The position numbers and the translations under genes were made by a program. Below, piece after piece: positions 25,166 through 39,833 of a stretch of DNA of 64,000 nucleotides (position 1 is the stretch's first letter; every line of letters starts with the position of its first letter). The notes beneath the pieces are model-generated. The model was given only the letters and a program-made list of their open reading frames with translations. It searched no databases and was not told the DNA's origin. The stretch is from IMG/VR virus record IMGVR_UViG_2687453424_000001; one strand, 5' to 3'. Source of the stretch: a virus (taxonomy: Duplodnaviria > Heunggongvirae > Uroviricota > Caudoviricetes).

Positions 25166-28100
25166 ATAGAATGTGCTAGTACAGAACAGAGATTTTATGT
25201 ATGTCCAGTCCAGTGTGTACAGCACACTGCTTGGCATGGCTGAATATAGCACTGGCGGTGGAGGGCAGGTTAGTGAGAAAGAACTAATTATTAACATAAA
25301 TACTAACCAGTCTTTCCTAAACTGCAGGAGACTGGTGCAAATTGCAGCAGTTCTTTATCAGTCTTCCGGTTTGCCTATCAACTCATTTTAGCCTGCTCTT
25401 CTGCCTTGCCCATTATCTCAGACCCACTACGAATTCACATTAATTCCTCTGCTTTTCTTCCTGTGTCACCATATATTGTATGTTTCTTCCTAATCCTTCT
25501 CTAACCTACCATGTTTTTCTGTACTGACTTTGCATTTAGTCTCCTCCCCAAATACTTCTGTCCCATGATTTCATGCTGTTGGTGGTATGTGAGCCTCTTT
25601 GCTGCTCCAGTGTACCCTTATGCTCATGCCTTTCCAGCTGCCTTTCACTTCATCATCTCTGGCACTTCTGAACCACCTTTATGGTGTCCGGTCCCCAGGA
25701 ATCTTCAGTAAGCCTCAGAAGTCAGCTCCGTCACCAAACACTGCCATGCTTTTGATTACAGGAGCAGATGCTCAGATGTGCTATTTTGATTATTTATCTG
25801 CAGTATCTCTTATCTGAGGCTGGTCCATGGCTTGGACTATGCTTTGGCCAACTAAAGAATATAGGGAAAAACACCATGTATTTTGTTTGCTGCAGTATGA
25901 TGTATTTCTGAGGTTGTCAAGGGATACAGGTCTGCTTCCTGTATGACTGAGGCATGAATCAGTGCCTCACACCTTCCAGTAATGTTTATTTTACCTATCC
26001 TTTTGATTATGGTCCCCACTCTTACTCCTCATACCAGGACAGCTGTTCCTCTGGTAAACCATCTATTTTTTACCTTAGGTCAACCTTTGTTTTTTTTCTC
26101 ATATAACTTGTCTACTGTCCCTCATAAAGCATCTCAGTCAGTTAAAGGATAAGAAGTTTTGATCCTCATCAACAGATACTTTTCCCTAGACAAACACATA
26201 ACAAGGTCATCATCAAAGGTTCTTGTCAAAAGCCTCTCTTTATTGTTCATTTTTATGCAATGTATTATAGGTGTTTTTTTTCAATAATACATCACTGCAA
26301 TATTGTTTTACTTCTTGTATTCTCCTTCATCTCTTGTTATTTCCTTCATCGCAACTGTAAATTCATTAAAATGACTGGATATACTGTGATATAATTTTGT
26401 ACTTTTCCCCCTAAGGAGTGTTTTGCATGTCATTGCCCTCCTGAAGATCCAATTTATATGCTTGTGTTGCGGCATTTGATTTTTATTGAAACGATTGATT
26501 CACATGTATTCCAAGATAGATAGCTAAAAGCCTGAGTTGGAGAGAGACATTGAAGAAGTCAACTTTAATTAAATCATCTGTGCCTTTACACAAATGCAGA
26601 TATCAGAGATGTGTACAGGAATGATGTGATGCTCAGCAGATACACTAAACACATGTTCTGCAGCCGTGAAATATAGTTTAAAATAGGGCAAATAGTTTCT
26701 GTGTGTCTATGAACTGAATCCATCAGTGATTAAGAGAAAAACATAATCTATGCATTTAAGACAATCCTGTAAGCACAATAGCTATGTTGTAAAGGAGTGA
26801 AAGTTACTTATATTGTGGTAATACGCAAATATGAACTCCATATTCCTGGTATCACTGAAAGTTGGAGAGACAATTGGCTCTTGGATCAGATTTGAGAGGG
26901 ATATTTTTAAAATGTATTAAAAACTTCCCATGTTTGGATAAAACCTTACCCTACCATGAACAGCATGAAAAAAATGCATAAAAAGAATTATTTAATGGTA
27001 TTTCCAGTACTCCATAAAAGTTTCCAGTATATTTTCATTGATTAACAATTTAATTATGTTTTATCAATAAACTGGTCATTGTTGAATCCTGATTCTTTTG
27101 CCTGCAGTACCCTTGAGATTTGGCCCTCTGAAAAAGATGGATGAAATTACATTAAATTTTAGAACTTGTTTTGTGCATTAGCTAGTTTAAGCTAGTTTAA
27201 ACTGAATTTCAGGATTGAAAAGGGGCTAAAATTTCACATATTATCTTGATTCTCTTTTTACCCATTTTTCTGGAACTTACTAGCCCGTATTCTTTTGCCT
27301 GAAGCATGCATCTTCTAGCTGGTTTATCTTAAATAAGAATTATTTACTGTATCATTCTGTATAGCAGTATCTTTAAACAAACATTTGATAGAGCAGTTCA
27401 TACAGCTCTTCTAATTTTTAATCCTTTGTTGATGAAATCTCCCCAGATAAGGAAAGCTTTTTAAGAGTAAATGCTTCATATTCCACCAACTGTGCTGGCA
27501 TCATTCAAAAGAGGTTTTTGTTGCCTGAACCAAATTCAGCTACTTCAGGTGAAGTGCTAAGGTAAGCGAGTGCTTCCTGGAATATTGGTTGATTACCACT
27601 GTAAGAATTTGTCACTTGTCAATGTAGCTTGATTGACAGACCAAATATTTGAACGGCACTTAAACAGCCTATGTCCTTAGTTGCATAATGCTCACAAATC
27701 CAACTGTCATGTACCCAAGTAGCAATTTATGTTTTCCCTTTGTGTTTAGGATCATATTATTGATTTATGTTTAATTTCTCACTGACTGTCTAGTAGCAAA
27801 TAAAATACAGGAATTTTAAAGTAGGAAAAAATGCATTTTAAACGTTTCTTGAAAGTTTAATTCACCTTAGCTCAAATTCATTTATTGGAAAGTCTGGGAA
27901 AGTTCAGACCTTGTAAATAGACTGAACTGTCATTCATTGAGCTTCATATTTTCTGTCCACAAGCAAGTAGGCACTTCCATAAATGACATTATTTTGTGAG
28001 GAAATAATCATTTCAGTATAATCAAGGCAAATAAAAATATTAATTATATTAAATATTAAAATATTTATTAATCTAATTTGTGATTTCAAAGATGTAAGAT

Positions 28101-31100
28101 AAAAGTAGCAAAATCCATTTTAACAAGATAAATAAGGACATGGAAACTTAGATAAATGAGGTTATTACTTAGGTTAATACAATCAATTTGATAACATCTG
28201 CTTGGTAAACTCTGGTGAGAAAGGCTTAACTGTTAATAAATTAAGGCAATAATCAAAACTATGAAAGTGAGAAATTTGGGGTAGAATAATTTTTTTTATC
28301 TATTAATGAGAACTGCAATGTGTGATCCTTTTTCTATATACTGGGAAAGAAGCTGGAAATACATAATCTTATAATTTCCATCCCATTCTACATCTCTAAT
28401 TCCACAAGTGTATCTACTCCTGGTTTCTAAAATCACTTCTTCTGGCTATTTACCCTCTTGGTAGAATGCAGCTGTAGTTAAAAAAAAAGGACAGAAAACG
28501 GGAACATTACATCATGGAGGTTTGAGAGCCAAGTCAAATGACGCAAGGGCAGATATCGCTTAAGGCTACCTTCAGGTCTGTCTGTGAAGATGAATCCTGT
28601 CTTCCAACAGATCATTAGTTTCCTTTGGGGTTTCATGGTCTACTGTAACCTCTGCATAGCTATACACTGTGTCTATATTAGTAAGTTGTGAAACCAGTGA
28701 GAGTGGATTAGTAGAGTAAAACCGTTGGTACCGAGTTGCAGTGTCTATGTAACATGTATTTCTGGAATTTTAGGGCAACCCCCCCCATAACCTGGTCCAG
28801 TAGACTGGGGTTCATCCACTACAGGTTAGCATACTATGCAGGCACTCCTGGAGAGTGTCTTCAGGTCCATGTGCTGTAAGTCTATAACATGAACCAAAGC
28901 TCGTGAAGTGACTAGCATATCAGTTTCAAAAGTGCTCTCCTTATCTAAATAAGAATGCTAATGCAGGTATACAGTATGAAATCTACCAGGTTGCGAGCCT
29001 CATAAAGTTTGAGGGTTAATGACATCCCAGTATCTGGGGTTGAAGGTGTAGTCTGTAATATATAAGAAACTGAGAATGTACCTTAACTCATGCCACCTCT
29101 TGGGTTTCAAGAGCACTTTAAAAGCTGTACAGTACATAAGAAGCATTTTGTATTGTGCTATATTTTTAAGACCTCATCCATTTCTCCATGGGCAATTTTT
29201 AAGCAGGCAGGGTAATTATGCTGAAGTGCTGGTAGTATTTGAATCACACACTAGACATTTTCATGTTTTTATGCAAATACAGATCACTGCTTATCTCTAT
29301 AATTTAAAAACTGTTTTCTTTGCCAAAGTGGTTTGGAAGTCTGTGACTCCTAGTGGTACATTTTGTTTGCAATTTGTACTGGGTGTATATTGCATCTTTG
29401 AGCTGAAGAAAGAAGGAAGCACAATGCTGAGGGTTATCTGAAAAGCTGCTTATTTGTGCATATATTCACATCAGAAGTGTGCCCACCCTCTCTTCCCTGG
29501 TGGGCGAAGGCTTACAGCTTATTCCTCTAACACAGGAACTAACACCATTATGATTCCAGAATTTTCTCGTTTAAAGTGCAAATGTGTTATATTTACTGGT
29601 GGTCTCTCACTGGCAGTTTACACCGAGTAGCTGTTACTTCCAAAGCCCTCTGTGAGCCAACTGCCAGACAACTACCTTTTTTCCTTTGCGCCTCATCCAC
29701 TCTCACAGCCAGTATTTGGATTTTCTTTTATTCCTATTTATGAGGTGGGGGCTGTGGGAAGTCAGTCATCAACCTCAGTCAGGTGTAGGTCTGCGAACTG
29801 CAGAATTTAAAGTCAAGAGCCAGGCCTGGAGGGCATAGAGCTTTTCAGAGCTGTAAGGCACATGGAGGGGATGGATTAGTTCATGCACTTACAAGCCACC
29901 AGCAATTGCTTCCTCCTGTGGCCCCATGCTCAGCACTAGCAGACACAGATACCAGCTTGAATTCCAGTGCCAGAGACAAGGCATGTAGGCTTGTGGAAGA
30001 AATGCTAGGGGGTATGTGTGACAGGTATTGAGAACAGTTTTTACCCAGGATTGTTGCACCTTCAATATTGTGATTAATCGTGTTATTTCTTCTGGTAAGC
30101 CAGTAAGCCTGAGTCTGGGTGAGTGCAGTTTCGAGTCTGCACTGCACATATTGATTTGAAGAGGGATAAGGTAGCAGACTTGAAACATATTTTCAGCAGA
30201 TGTGTTAAGTTTCATGGTAGAGTCATGAGACTTGTCTGCTAATGCACAGTCTATTATTGCAGACTTGTTTACTAATGGAGCCTGTGTCAGTCTGACTGGA
30301 CCAAGTGTTAGATGGGTTTAGGAGATGTTTCCCTCTACTCTTCAGTGATTTGACGGCATTATCACATATTTCCTCTTCTTTCAGTCTAGGACACTAAACC
30401 CTAGTATGGGAAGGGTAAGAATGGGAGGGTTTCTAGTACTCTATGTCATGTTTCATATTTGATTATGGACATTTTCATTTGAGGTGCAGTGTGACCTGTG
30501 GTCCTTTATATTTAAGCCTTGTTGTCTGATGAAAATGCATTCTGCCTTACACTTAGAATTTATCTCTTTCCTCACACTGCTACCCAGTGCTGCTGTATTG
30601 ATTCTGCTTTGGTTTGTTTGTTTGGTTTTTTCTTTTTATAGCTAAAAATAATATAATATGAGTTTTTCTGTCAAATATGTTACTGCTGCACAATTCCACC
30701 CAGTAACCTTAAACTTAAACATAATTGGATTTGAGCACTTGAGTGATAACTTGATTGCTTTACATATTCATGTCCTTGAACCTCCAACGCTGTGTTTTTC
30801 TTACCAACTATGACCTTGAGGCTTGAAAGATGCTGAGGGTATTTTTCTTGCTGTTAGGAGATGGTTTTCTGGAGAGTGTTAATTTTCAAGCTGTTCATGC
30901 TATGCTGCTACTTGGAAGTTTTGTCTTATTGACCAGTGTGACTGTTTATTTCCAGTGCTGCTCTGTTACAGTAGAACACACAGCCTAGTTTGATAAGTTT
31001 TTCCAGCTTTGTATGTGAACTTAGTATCTTATATAGCTTTAATATCTTAGTTTCCAATTTGTGTCTTAGTCTCCTGTATTCAGTTGGTTGATTTCATATA

Positions 31101-33743
31101 CCTGACCATTATTAAGCTTTTCCAACTACTTGAGAGACAGAACAATTGAAACTGGACTCAGTAATCCTGATTAATATGTGCCTTCACTATAAAGACTTCT
31201 GCTTTGCATCATGGTACTTTGTGGATAGTGTTTACTAATTTTTATGTCAAGCAAATTAAGGCTTGGTAAGATGTATGTAAAGATACCACAGGCTTCTAAA
31301 TTCTTAGGATAAAGCCTTTTGCCTGTATGACAGAAGCCAGTTTGGTTGTAAAATTGCTGAGGTATCACCAAGTTCCTTTGCAGTGTTATTGCAAATATGA
31401 TTTTCAGCTTCTAAGGTAATGAAAAAAATGTTGAAAAGCTCTTAAAAGTGTCTTGGAATTTGCTCTTTTATGACCACATTATCCAATGAAAAGGCAAATC
31501 TCTTCACAATCTGTTTTGCAGAAACAATGATAATTGATGGTCTCTAACTGTGGTTCCTTCTTTCTGCAATGTAGATTGTAAAAAGAGAAAATCATCCTAT
31601 CGTTTGATTTGCAATCTTTCAAGAGTCAGACCTCAAGAAAATGAAAATGACAATGTAGTGAACAGAACTGTGTAGAGTGAACATAGACATTTTTAGGTAT
31701 TCAGATTTAGGTCAGGTAAAATGATTTGGAAAGGTGTGCTTTGGCAAATTGTTTTGATTTAAACAGGCTGAATATTTTATTAAGGTATTTTCTAAAGTAT
31801 TTTCTAAACTAAATGCTTGAATTTTACTTTTGAAAAATAGTTTATATGTTAAAAGTCACTGCTGAGTAATGTTGACGTTCACTAAAAAGGGCAAATATTG
31901 AAAATGCAGCGTTTTGCTTAAAGCAAAATATTTCCTCTGACTTGATTGTGGTTTAAAATTGTCGAAATAATATTCATTGGTCAAATAGAAGCAAATTGTT
32001 ATTTCCTCTCTTTGTTCAAAAGGGTGTTGATCAATTCCTGATTAAAGAACAGACCTGAGAGCTGTTGAACACGACATATAATTTCTTTTAATAATTTCTT
32101 TCTTCCATTTTTAAGAGGGAAAAATGCCAAGGACCCCCTAACTGCCAAGAATATTGAACACAGTAGTCTGTTAATTCTGTTAATATTTTGAGTTTCTTAC
32201 CTATTAAATCTAGAGGTGGTATATAATACACAAAGAAATGCTTTATGAGGCAAACTACAGTCTACATTGTTTGAGTGGGATCAAGAAAACAATGAAAATG
32301 TATTTGCTTGTTTGGTTTTCAGTAGGATTACATTACCTCTGGAAGGAAAGGAGTTTGCAAACTGACAAGCAGAGATGGTTAGTAATACACGTGGACTTTT
32401 TTTTAATGGCAGCTTCTACATTATTCCCCCAGAACAAATTTTCAAGTGATTTCTTCTACAGCAATACAGGATCAGATGTTGTTCTTATTTGAACTATTTT
32501 TATTAGAAAAGTTTGATGAGATACAGATAATCCAGAAGACCATGTGATGGTGCCTACTCTTTGCACTTTTGCATTAGGTGCATTGCCATGTCTTCTGCCC
32601 TTCCTTGCCCATTACCAGGTAGAAGCACTGAAACTGTCTGAGCAGGAAAACAGATGGAACTTGTGATCATGGTGAGAAGAATCCTAAGAGGCTACCTTGG
32701 TTATGTCTCAGGTACTTCAGCACCAGGTCAAAACATGTTGCATTTTGTCTGGTTATTGTAGGGTATTGATATACTTCCAAAGGGCCTCTTTTGTTTATGT
32801 ATCCAGGGAATACACATTACAGATCTTCCTTGAAGAGGACTTTTCTTTTCCTTTTAGTTGTGTCAAATAGTAAAATCAATGACTCTTATTGCTCCTAAAA
32901 TCAATGAATGCTGGCCTCTACTGCTTTGTGGGACCTTAATGTTGGTGCTGTTATTGCTGCCCTTCTGACTTCAGGAACTTTCTACCAGCAGAGTATTGAC
33001 TGCCCCCCTCAGCATGAAAGGCAAGAGAGCCTTCCTAATTAGACCTGGAAGCTTATCCTGAAAAATGTTCTGTTGATGTACAATATAAGTGTGTATATGT
33101 ATATATATATACATTTGTAGTGTAAAATTCTGCAAAAATTTTCTTCTCTCCTTCCATCTAACTTTTCCATTGGAAGTAACATTATTAGCCTTAAAGTTCT
33201 CTTGTTCCCTCTGCCCTTGTTATTCCCCACTTTCAATAAATAAAACAGAATTTGCATATTTGAGGTGGAGGTTTCATTTTCATAATCACCTCTTTTTAAA
33301 CTTTGTAATTCTCAGGCTCTCTATGCTACTGGAAAGAACACAAGACTCTCAACATATTATATTTTACTTTGTATTATTCCTCAAGTTGCCAAAATCAAGG
33401 AATTCTTAAAAGTTGCCAACTTAGCAAGTGAGGAAATTAGCTGGGTCTATTCCCTGCCTATCACAGGTAACTGTGCAAGAGGAGTTTAGTCCAGAAAACG
33501 CTGCAGGGCATTGTGTGCTACCAGCTGCACTGGAGTGAAAGGAAAATGAAGGAATGATGGTAAAATCATCCTATAAGCAGATCGTCCAGCCTTTTAGGTC
33601 ACTCATTAGCAAAGAAATGTAAAAAAGGATCGGGGTTTCCATGACAGAAAGAAAAGAAACTGATCCGAGTTTTATTTCCTGAATAATTTAAAGTACCTTT
33701 TTTTTTTTTTTCCTTTGTTTTCAAGCGTTTGTTGAATTTGCTT

Positions 33744-36700
33744 NNNNNNNNNNNNNNNNNNNNNNNNNNNNNNNNNNNNNNNNNNNNNNNNNNNNNNNNN
33801 NNNNNNNNNNNNNNNNNNNNNNNNNNNNNNNNNNNNNNNNNNNNNNNNNNNNNNNNNNNNNNNNNNNNNNNNNNNNNNNNNNNNNNNNNNNNNNNNNNNN
33901 NNNNNNNNNNNNNNNNNNNNNNNNNNNNNNNNNNNNNNNNNNNNNNNNNNNNNNNNNNNNNNNNNNNNNNNNNNNNNNNNNNNNNNNNNNNNNNNNNNNN
34001 NNNNNNNNNNNNNNNNNNNNNNNNNNNNNNNNNNNNNNNNNNNNNNNNNNNNNNNNNNNNNNNNNNNNNNNNNNNNNNNNNNNNNNNNNNNNNNNNNNNN
34101 NNNNNNNNNNNNNNNNNNNNNNNNNNNNNNNNNNNNNNNNNNNNNNNNNNNNNNNNNNNNNNNNNNNNNNNNNNNNNNNNNNNNNNNNNNNNNNNNNNNN
34201 NNNNNNNNNNNNNNNNNNNNNNNNNNNNNNNNNNNNNNNNNNNNNNNNNNNNNNNNNNNNNNNNNNNNNNNNNNNNNNNNNNNNNNNNNNNNNNNNNNNN
34301 NNNNNNNNNNNNNNNNNNNNNNNNNNNNNNNNNNNNNNNNNNNNNNNNNNNNNNNNNNNNNNNNNNNNNNNNNNNNNNNNNNNNNNNNNNNNNNNNNNNN
34401 NNNNNNNNNNNNNNNNNNNNNNNNNNNNNNNNNNNNNNNNNNNNNNNNNNNNNNNNNNNNNNNNNNNNNNNNNNNNNNNNNNNNNNNNNNNNNNNNNNNN
34501 NNNNNNNNNNNNNNNNNNNNNNNNNNNNNNNNNNNNNNNNNNNNNNNNNNNNNNNNNNNNNNNNNNNNNNNNNNNNNNNNNNNNNNNNNNNNNNNNNNNN
34601 NNNNNNNNNNNNNNNNNNNNNNNNNNNNNNNNNNNNNNNNNNNNNNNNNNNNNNNNNNNNNNNNNNNNNNNNNNNNNNNNNNNNNNNNNNNNNNNNNNNN
34701 NNNNNNNNNNNNNNNNNNNNNNNNNNNNNNNNNNNNNNNNNNNNNNNNNNNNNNNNNNNNNNNNNNNNNNNNNNNNNNNNNNNNNNNNNNNNNNNNNNNN
34801 NNNNNNNNNNNNNNNNNNNNNNNNNNNNNNNNNNNNNNNNNNNNNNNNNNNNNNNNNNNNNNNNNNNNNNNNNNNNNNNNNNNNNNNNNNNNNNNNNNNN
34901 NNNNNNNNNNNNNNNNNNNNNNNNNNNNNNNNNNNNNNNNNNNNNNNNNNNNNNNNNNNNNNNNNNNNNNNNNNNNNNNNNNNNNNNNNNNNNNNNNNNN
35001 NNNNNNNNNNNNNNNNNNNNNNNNNNNNNNNNNNNNNNNNNNNNNNNNNNNNNNNNNNNNNNNNNNNNNNNNNNNNNNNNNNNNNNNNNNNNNNNNNNNN
35101 NNNNNNNNNNNNNNNNNNNNNNNNNNNNNNNNNNNNNNNNNNNNNNNNNNNNNNNNNNNNNNNNNNNNNNNNNNNNNNNNNNNNNNNNNNNNNNNNNNNN
35201 NNNNNNNNNNNNNNNNNNNNNNNNNNNNNNNNNNNNNNNNNNNNNNNNNNNNNNNNNNNNNNNNNNNNNNNNNNNNNNNNNNNNNNNNNNNNNNNNNNNN
35301 NNNNNNNNNNNNNNNNNNNNNNNNNNNNNNNNNNNNNNNNNNNNNNNNNNNNNNNNNNNNNNNNNNNNNNNNNNNNNNNNNNNNNNNNNNNNNNNNNNNN
35401 NNNNNNNNNNNNNNNNNNNNNNNNNNNNNNNNNNNNNNNNNNNNNNNNNNNNNNNNNNNNNNNNNNNNNNNNNNNNNNNNNNNNNNNNNNNNNNNNNNNN
35501 NNNNNNNNNNNNNNNNNNNNNNNNNNNNNNNNNNNNNNNNNNNNNNNNNNNNNNNNNNNNNNNNNNNNNNNNNNNNNNNNNNNNNNNNNNNNNNNNNNNN
35601 NNNNNNNNNNNNNNNNNNNNNNNNNNNNNNNNNNNNNNNNNNNNNNNNNNNNNNNNNNNNNNNNNNNNNNNNNNNNNNNNNNNNNNNNNNNNNNNNNNNN
35701 NNNNNNNNNNNNNNNNNNNNNNNNNNNNNNNNNNNNNNNNNNNNNNNNNNNNNNNNNNNNNNNNNNNNNNNNNNNNNNNNNNNNNNNNNNNNNNNNNNNN
35801 NNNNNNNNNNNNNNNNNNNNNNNNNNNNNNNNNNNNNNNNNNNNNNNNNNNNNNNNNNNNNNNNNNNNNNNNNNNNNNNNNNNNNNNNNNNNNNNNNNNN
35901 NNNNNNNNNNNNNNNNNNNNNNNNNNNNNNNNNNNNNNNNNNNNNNNNNNNNNNNNNNNNNNNNNNNNNNNNNNNNNNNNNNNNNNNNNNNNNNNNNNNN
36001 NNNNNNNNNNNNNNNNNNNNNNNNNNNNNNNNNNNNNNNNNNNNNNNNNNNNNNNNNNNNNNNNNNNNNNNNNNNNNNNNNNNNNNNNNNNNNNNNNNNN
36101 NNNNNNNNNNNNNNNNNNNNNNNNNNNNNNNNNNNNNNNNNNNNNNNNNNNNNNNNNNNNNNNNNNNNNNNNNNNNNNNNNNNNNNNNNNNNNNNNNNNN
36201 NNNNNNNNNNNNNNNNNNNNNNNNNNNNNNNNNNNNNNNNNNNNNNNNNNNNNNNNNNNNNNNNNNNNNNNNNNNNNNNNNNNNNNNNNNNNNNNNNNNN
36301 NNNNNNNNNNNNNNNNNNNNNNNNNNNNNNNNNNNNNNNNNNNNNNNNNNNNNNNNNNNNNNNNNNNNNNNNNNNNNNNNNNNNNNNNNNNNNNNNNNNN
36401 NNNNNNNNNNNNNNNNNNNNNNNNNNNNNNNNNNNNNNNNNNNNNNNNNNNNNNNNNNNNNNNNNNNNNNNNNNNNNNNNNNNNNNNNNNNNNNNNNNNN
36501 NNNNNNNNNNNNNNNNNNNNNNNNNNNNNNNNNNNNNNNNNNNNNNNNNNNNNNNNNNNNNNNNNNNNNNNNNNNNNNNNNNNNNNNNNNNNNNNNNNNN
36601 NNNNNNNNNNNNNNNNNNNNNNNNNNNNNNNNNNNNNNNNNNNNNNNNNNNNNNNNNNNNNNNNNNNNNNNNNNNNNNNNNNNNNNNNNNNNNNNNNNNN

Positions 36701-37448
36701 NNNNNNNNNNNNNNNNNNNNNNNNNNNNNNNNNNNNNNNNNNNNNNNNNNNNNNNNNNNNNNNNNNNNNNNNNNNNNNNNNNNNNNNNNNNNNNNNNNNN
36801 NNNNNNNNNNNNNNNNNNNNNNNNNNNNNNNNNNNNNNNNNNNNNNNNNNNNNNNNNNNNNNNNNNNNNNNNNNNNNNNNNNNNNNNNNNNNNNNNNNNN
36901 NNNNNNNNNNNNNNNNNNNNNNNNNNNNNNNNNNNNNNNNNNNNNNNNNNNNNNNNNNNNNNNNNNNNNNNNNNNNNNNNNNNNNNNNNNNNNNNNNNNN
37001 NNNNNNNNNNNNNNNNNNNNNNNNNNNNNNNNNNNNNNNNNNNNNNNNNNNNNNNNNNNNNNNNNNNNNNNNNNNNNNNNNNNNNNNNNNNNNNNNNNNN
37101 NNNNNNNNNNNNNNNNNNNNNNNNNNNNNNNNNNNNNNNNNNNNNNNNNNNNNNNNNNNNNNNNNNNNNNNNNNNNNNNNNNNNNNNNNNNNNNNNNNNN
37201 NNNNNNNNNNNNNNNNNNNNNNNNNNNNNNNNNNNNNNNNNNNNNNNNNNNNNNNNNNNNNNNNNNNNNNNNNNNNNNNNNNNNNNNNNNNNNNNNNNNN
37301 NNNNNNNNNNNNNNNNNNNNNNNNNNNNNNNNNNNNNNNNNNNNNNNNNNNNNNNNNNNNNNNNNNNNNNNNNNNNNNNNNNNNNNNNNNNNNNNNNNNN
37401 NNNNNNNNNNNNNNNNNNNNNNNNNNNNNNNNNNNNNNNNNNNNNNNN
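33744..37448. other. Assembly gap (3705 N)
   Basis: Uninterrupted run of n. ORFs 33599..37669, 33721..37479 and 33729..37490 are artefacts spanning it. Confidence 0.99.
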
Positions 37449-39192
37449 TTTTTTTTTTTTTTTTTCCTTTTGTTTTCAAGCGTTTGTTGAATTTGCTTTC
37501 GGTTTGGCTTCAAAGTTACCGTGATCTGGCTTGAGCTACAGCAGCACTGTGAAAGTGCTTTGAGTCTCATGTAAGGGGCTTTCCCATGTGTGCTACAAGG
37601 ACACGAAGTCTGAGTAACAGCTGGATTAATTGGGCAGTGAGGATTGCAGGGCACTTCCAATCCTTCCAAGGCTAAGTGGTCACAGCATGAAAGGGAATAA
37701 GGATCCTGTCCCCATTAGTGAAAAGGCAGAAGTTTTGAGATGAATTATGACTGTAAGGAAAAAATGTGTACTTGCAATGTAAACTGTGAAGATGATGCCC
37801 TGCTGGGAAATCTGAATGCCATTACAATATTACTTTCTGTACATAATATATAAATTAATTGATTAATTTAATTATTTGTCTTTCAACATTTTCTCACCTG
37901 GCAGAATGGAAATGCTGGTAGAAGTTTTGATAAGCACACACACACAAAAATAAAATCTATGCTATTTTTCCTTTATTAACAGCTTCTAGTCACTGGAAAG
38001 TCTCAGACTGTTAGGATATACAGAGTTCTCTTAATAAGAGACAAGAAAAAAAATAACATGTGGAATTGTTATCCATTCATTGATTCAGTCCAAGGCTGAA
38101 ACAGGGTCTCACATGTGATTACTGCCAACTCTGATTTCTCTTTGAGTTTTCTAGGAATGTTGCTACAATTTTCTTCTTCCCACTATTTTGGGAAAATTGC
38201 CAAGTACCACAAATAACAAACAACTGAAGAAAAACCAAACCAAACCAACCCCCTTACGGTTCTGTTCATTTGTTGGAGGTTTTGATTGCTGTTTTTCATT
38301 TACCTGTCCTCTCTCTGCATGGCCCAAATCTTGGAGTCCTTACTCAGTCATTCACACATCCATTGACTCCTAATGGGTTAATTAGCCAGTGAAAAGATTT
38401 ATAGATAATCTAACTTGGGTGATGATATGAAGCATGTGTGATCTCAATTGTGTCAAATTAATAATGGTCTATTGTTATTTCTCAGGCATAATATGAAGGT
38501 TTCAAACAAAGTTGAAATCTAGAGGGTACTTTTTGTTCATTTCTTCCACAGGACCATGACTTAGCTAATGCTCTATGCAGTATTCAGCTGTATAAGTAAT
38601 GGAAGGCATTTGCGTGCTGACCTTCAGTTATATCTGTTTAGAGCAGACAGTGAACTTGCTTGCTTGGCTTGTTAATATTCTAGTTCCCTAGCAATCAATC
38701 TGCTTTGATATTTATGTGACCCAGTAAAGTATATTTTTCTTGGGGTTTAAATTATGTTGTTTCATCTGTCTTTAGATCTCTAAAATTCAGTCTGGCTCGA
38801 TTGCAATTTGGATCATAATATGTAGACAGCATGCCTTCGCCTCACCTCTGTAGTCACTTGGTTGTGCAGGCATGGAGGTCTTGCTTTGCTTTCCTGGTCA
38901 CTGCAGAGATGGTTAATCATTAGACAAATGAGATCTGCTGTCCTCAATGTATCCCTTGAATTTCTTTTTCTCAGGGTACTTTTTCCTTCTTTCTATAATT
39001 TAAAGCTCGGTTCCTATGTACAGAAATTATCATTTTGATGTAATGATGCTGCTGTTATAAACAAATATGTCAGCTACTATAAAACAAACAGGTAAAAAGA
39101 ATAATCATAGTGAGTCAGTGGAAGCTGATAAAGTGCAGACACCGCCTTGGGCTATCTCTACACAGTGCAGACTTAACGTACACATCCCTCCT

Positions 39193-39213
39193 CCCCCCCC
39201 CCTTTTTTTTTTT
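39193..39213. repeat. Homopolymer junction C10 T11
   Basis: cccccccccc immediately followed by ttttttttttt. Confidence 0.95.
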
Positions 39214-39782
39214 AATTTGTTTTATGAGGTCACTAAAGACATTCTCTGTTTCTTAAAGTCATTTTTGGTCACCAGTGATAAGCAGAGTAGTCTTTTCCAT
39301 ATTTCTGGTAGTTTGGGACTTTAACTTGTGTGGTGGGATGAAGCAAGCAGATGAGACCCACTCCTGCTCACCAAGCAGTGAACTGCTGCCTCTCCACGGT
39401 CTGCAAGCTAACAAGCAGGCAAGGAGGATCACTTTCCAGGCCTTGTACTTTTAATAGTCCTGTGAGGCACTTGAGTAACTGTTTTCCTGTCTGTTAGACG
39501 AGATAAATGCTGTGTTTATCTTAATGAAATGTCATGTTATTTTATAATAAATATTTAAAGGTGCCAACAGCTCCAAAGAAGAGGTCGGAGAGAAGTACTA
39601 CCATGATGCAAAATAACATTTGTATCATGCACCAAAGCATCTTATTAAGTCTTTTAGAATAGGACAACGGGTCACAAATCGTCTCCTCTGCCAGTCTGAA
39701 GCCAGTGAATCTTCAGCAGAAAAACAGTTAGCTGCAGCCTTTCTGGGTCTTGTTCCTACCTTTTCCAGGAGTGTATTGCAAA

Positions 39783-39833
39783 TTGGCAACATAAAAGGCA
39801 TCTGTATTTCAAACTGGCAACATAAAAGGCATC
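39783..39833 (+). repeat. Local tandem duplication (20-bp core, 31-bp period, 2 copies)
   Basis: ttggcaacataaaaggcatc at 39783-39802 and ctggcaacataaaaggcatc at 39814-39833. Confidence 0.9.

Noticed and set aside
30122-30143. Perfect 7-bp stem with 8-nt loop hairpin (agtgcag tttcgagt ctgcact)
   Set aside because: Too short to distinguish from chance in 64 kb; no flanking structure suggesting a miRNA or tRNA.
33599-37669. Three very long ORFs (1252-1356 aa) on both strands
   Set aside because: They span the N-run gap 33744-37448; the poly-K and poly-F ends come from the flanking poly-T tract. Artefact.
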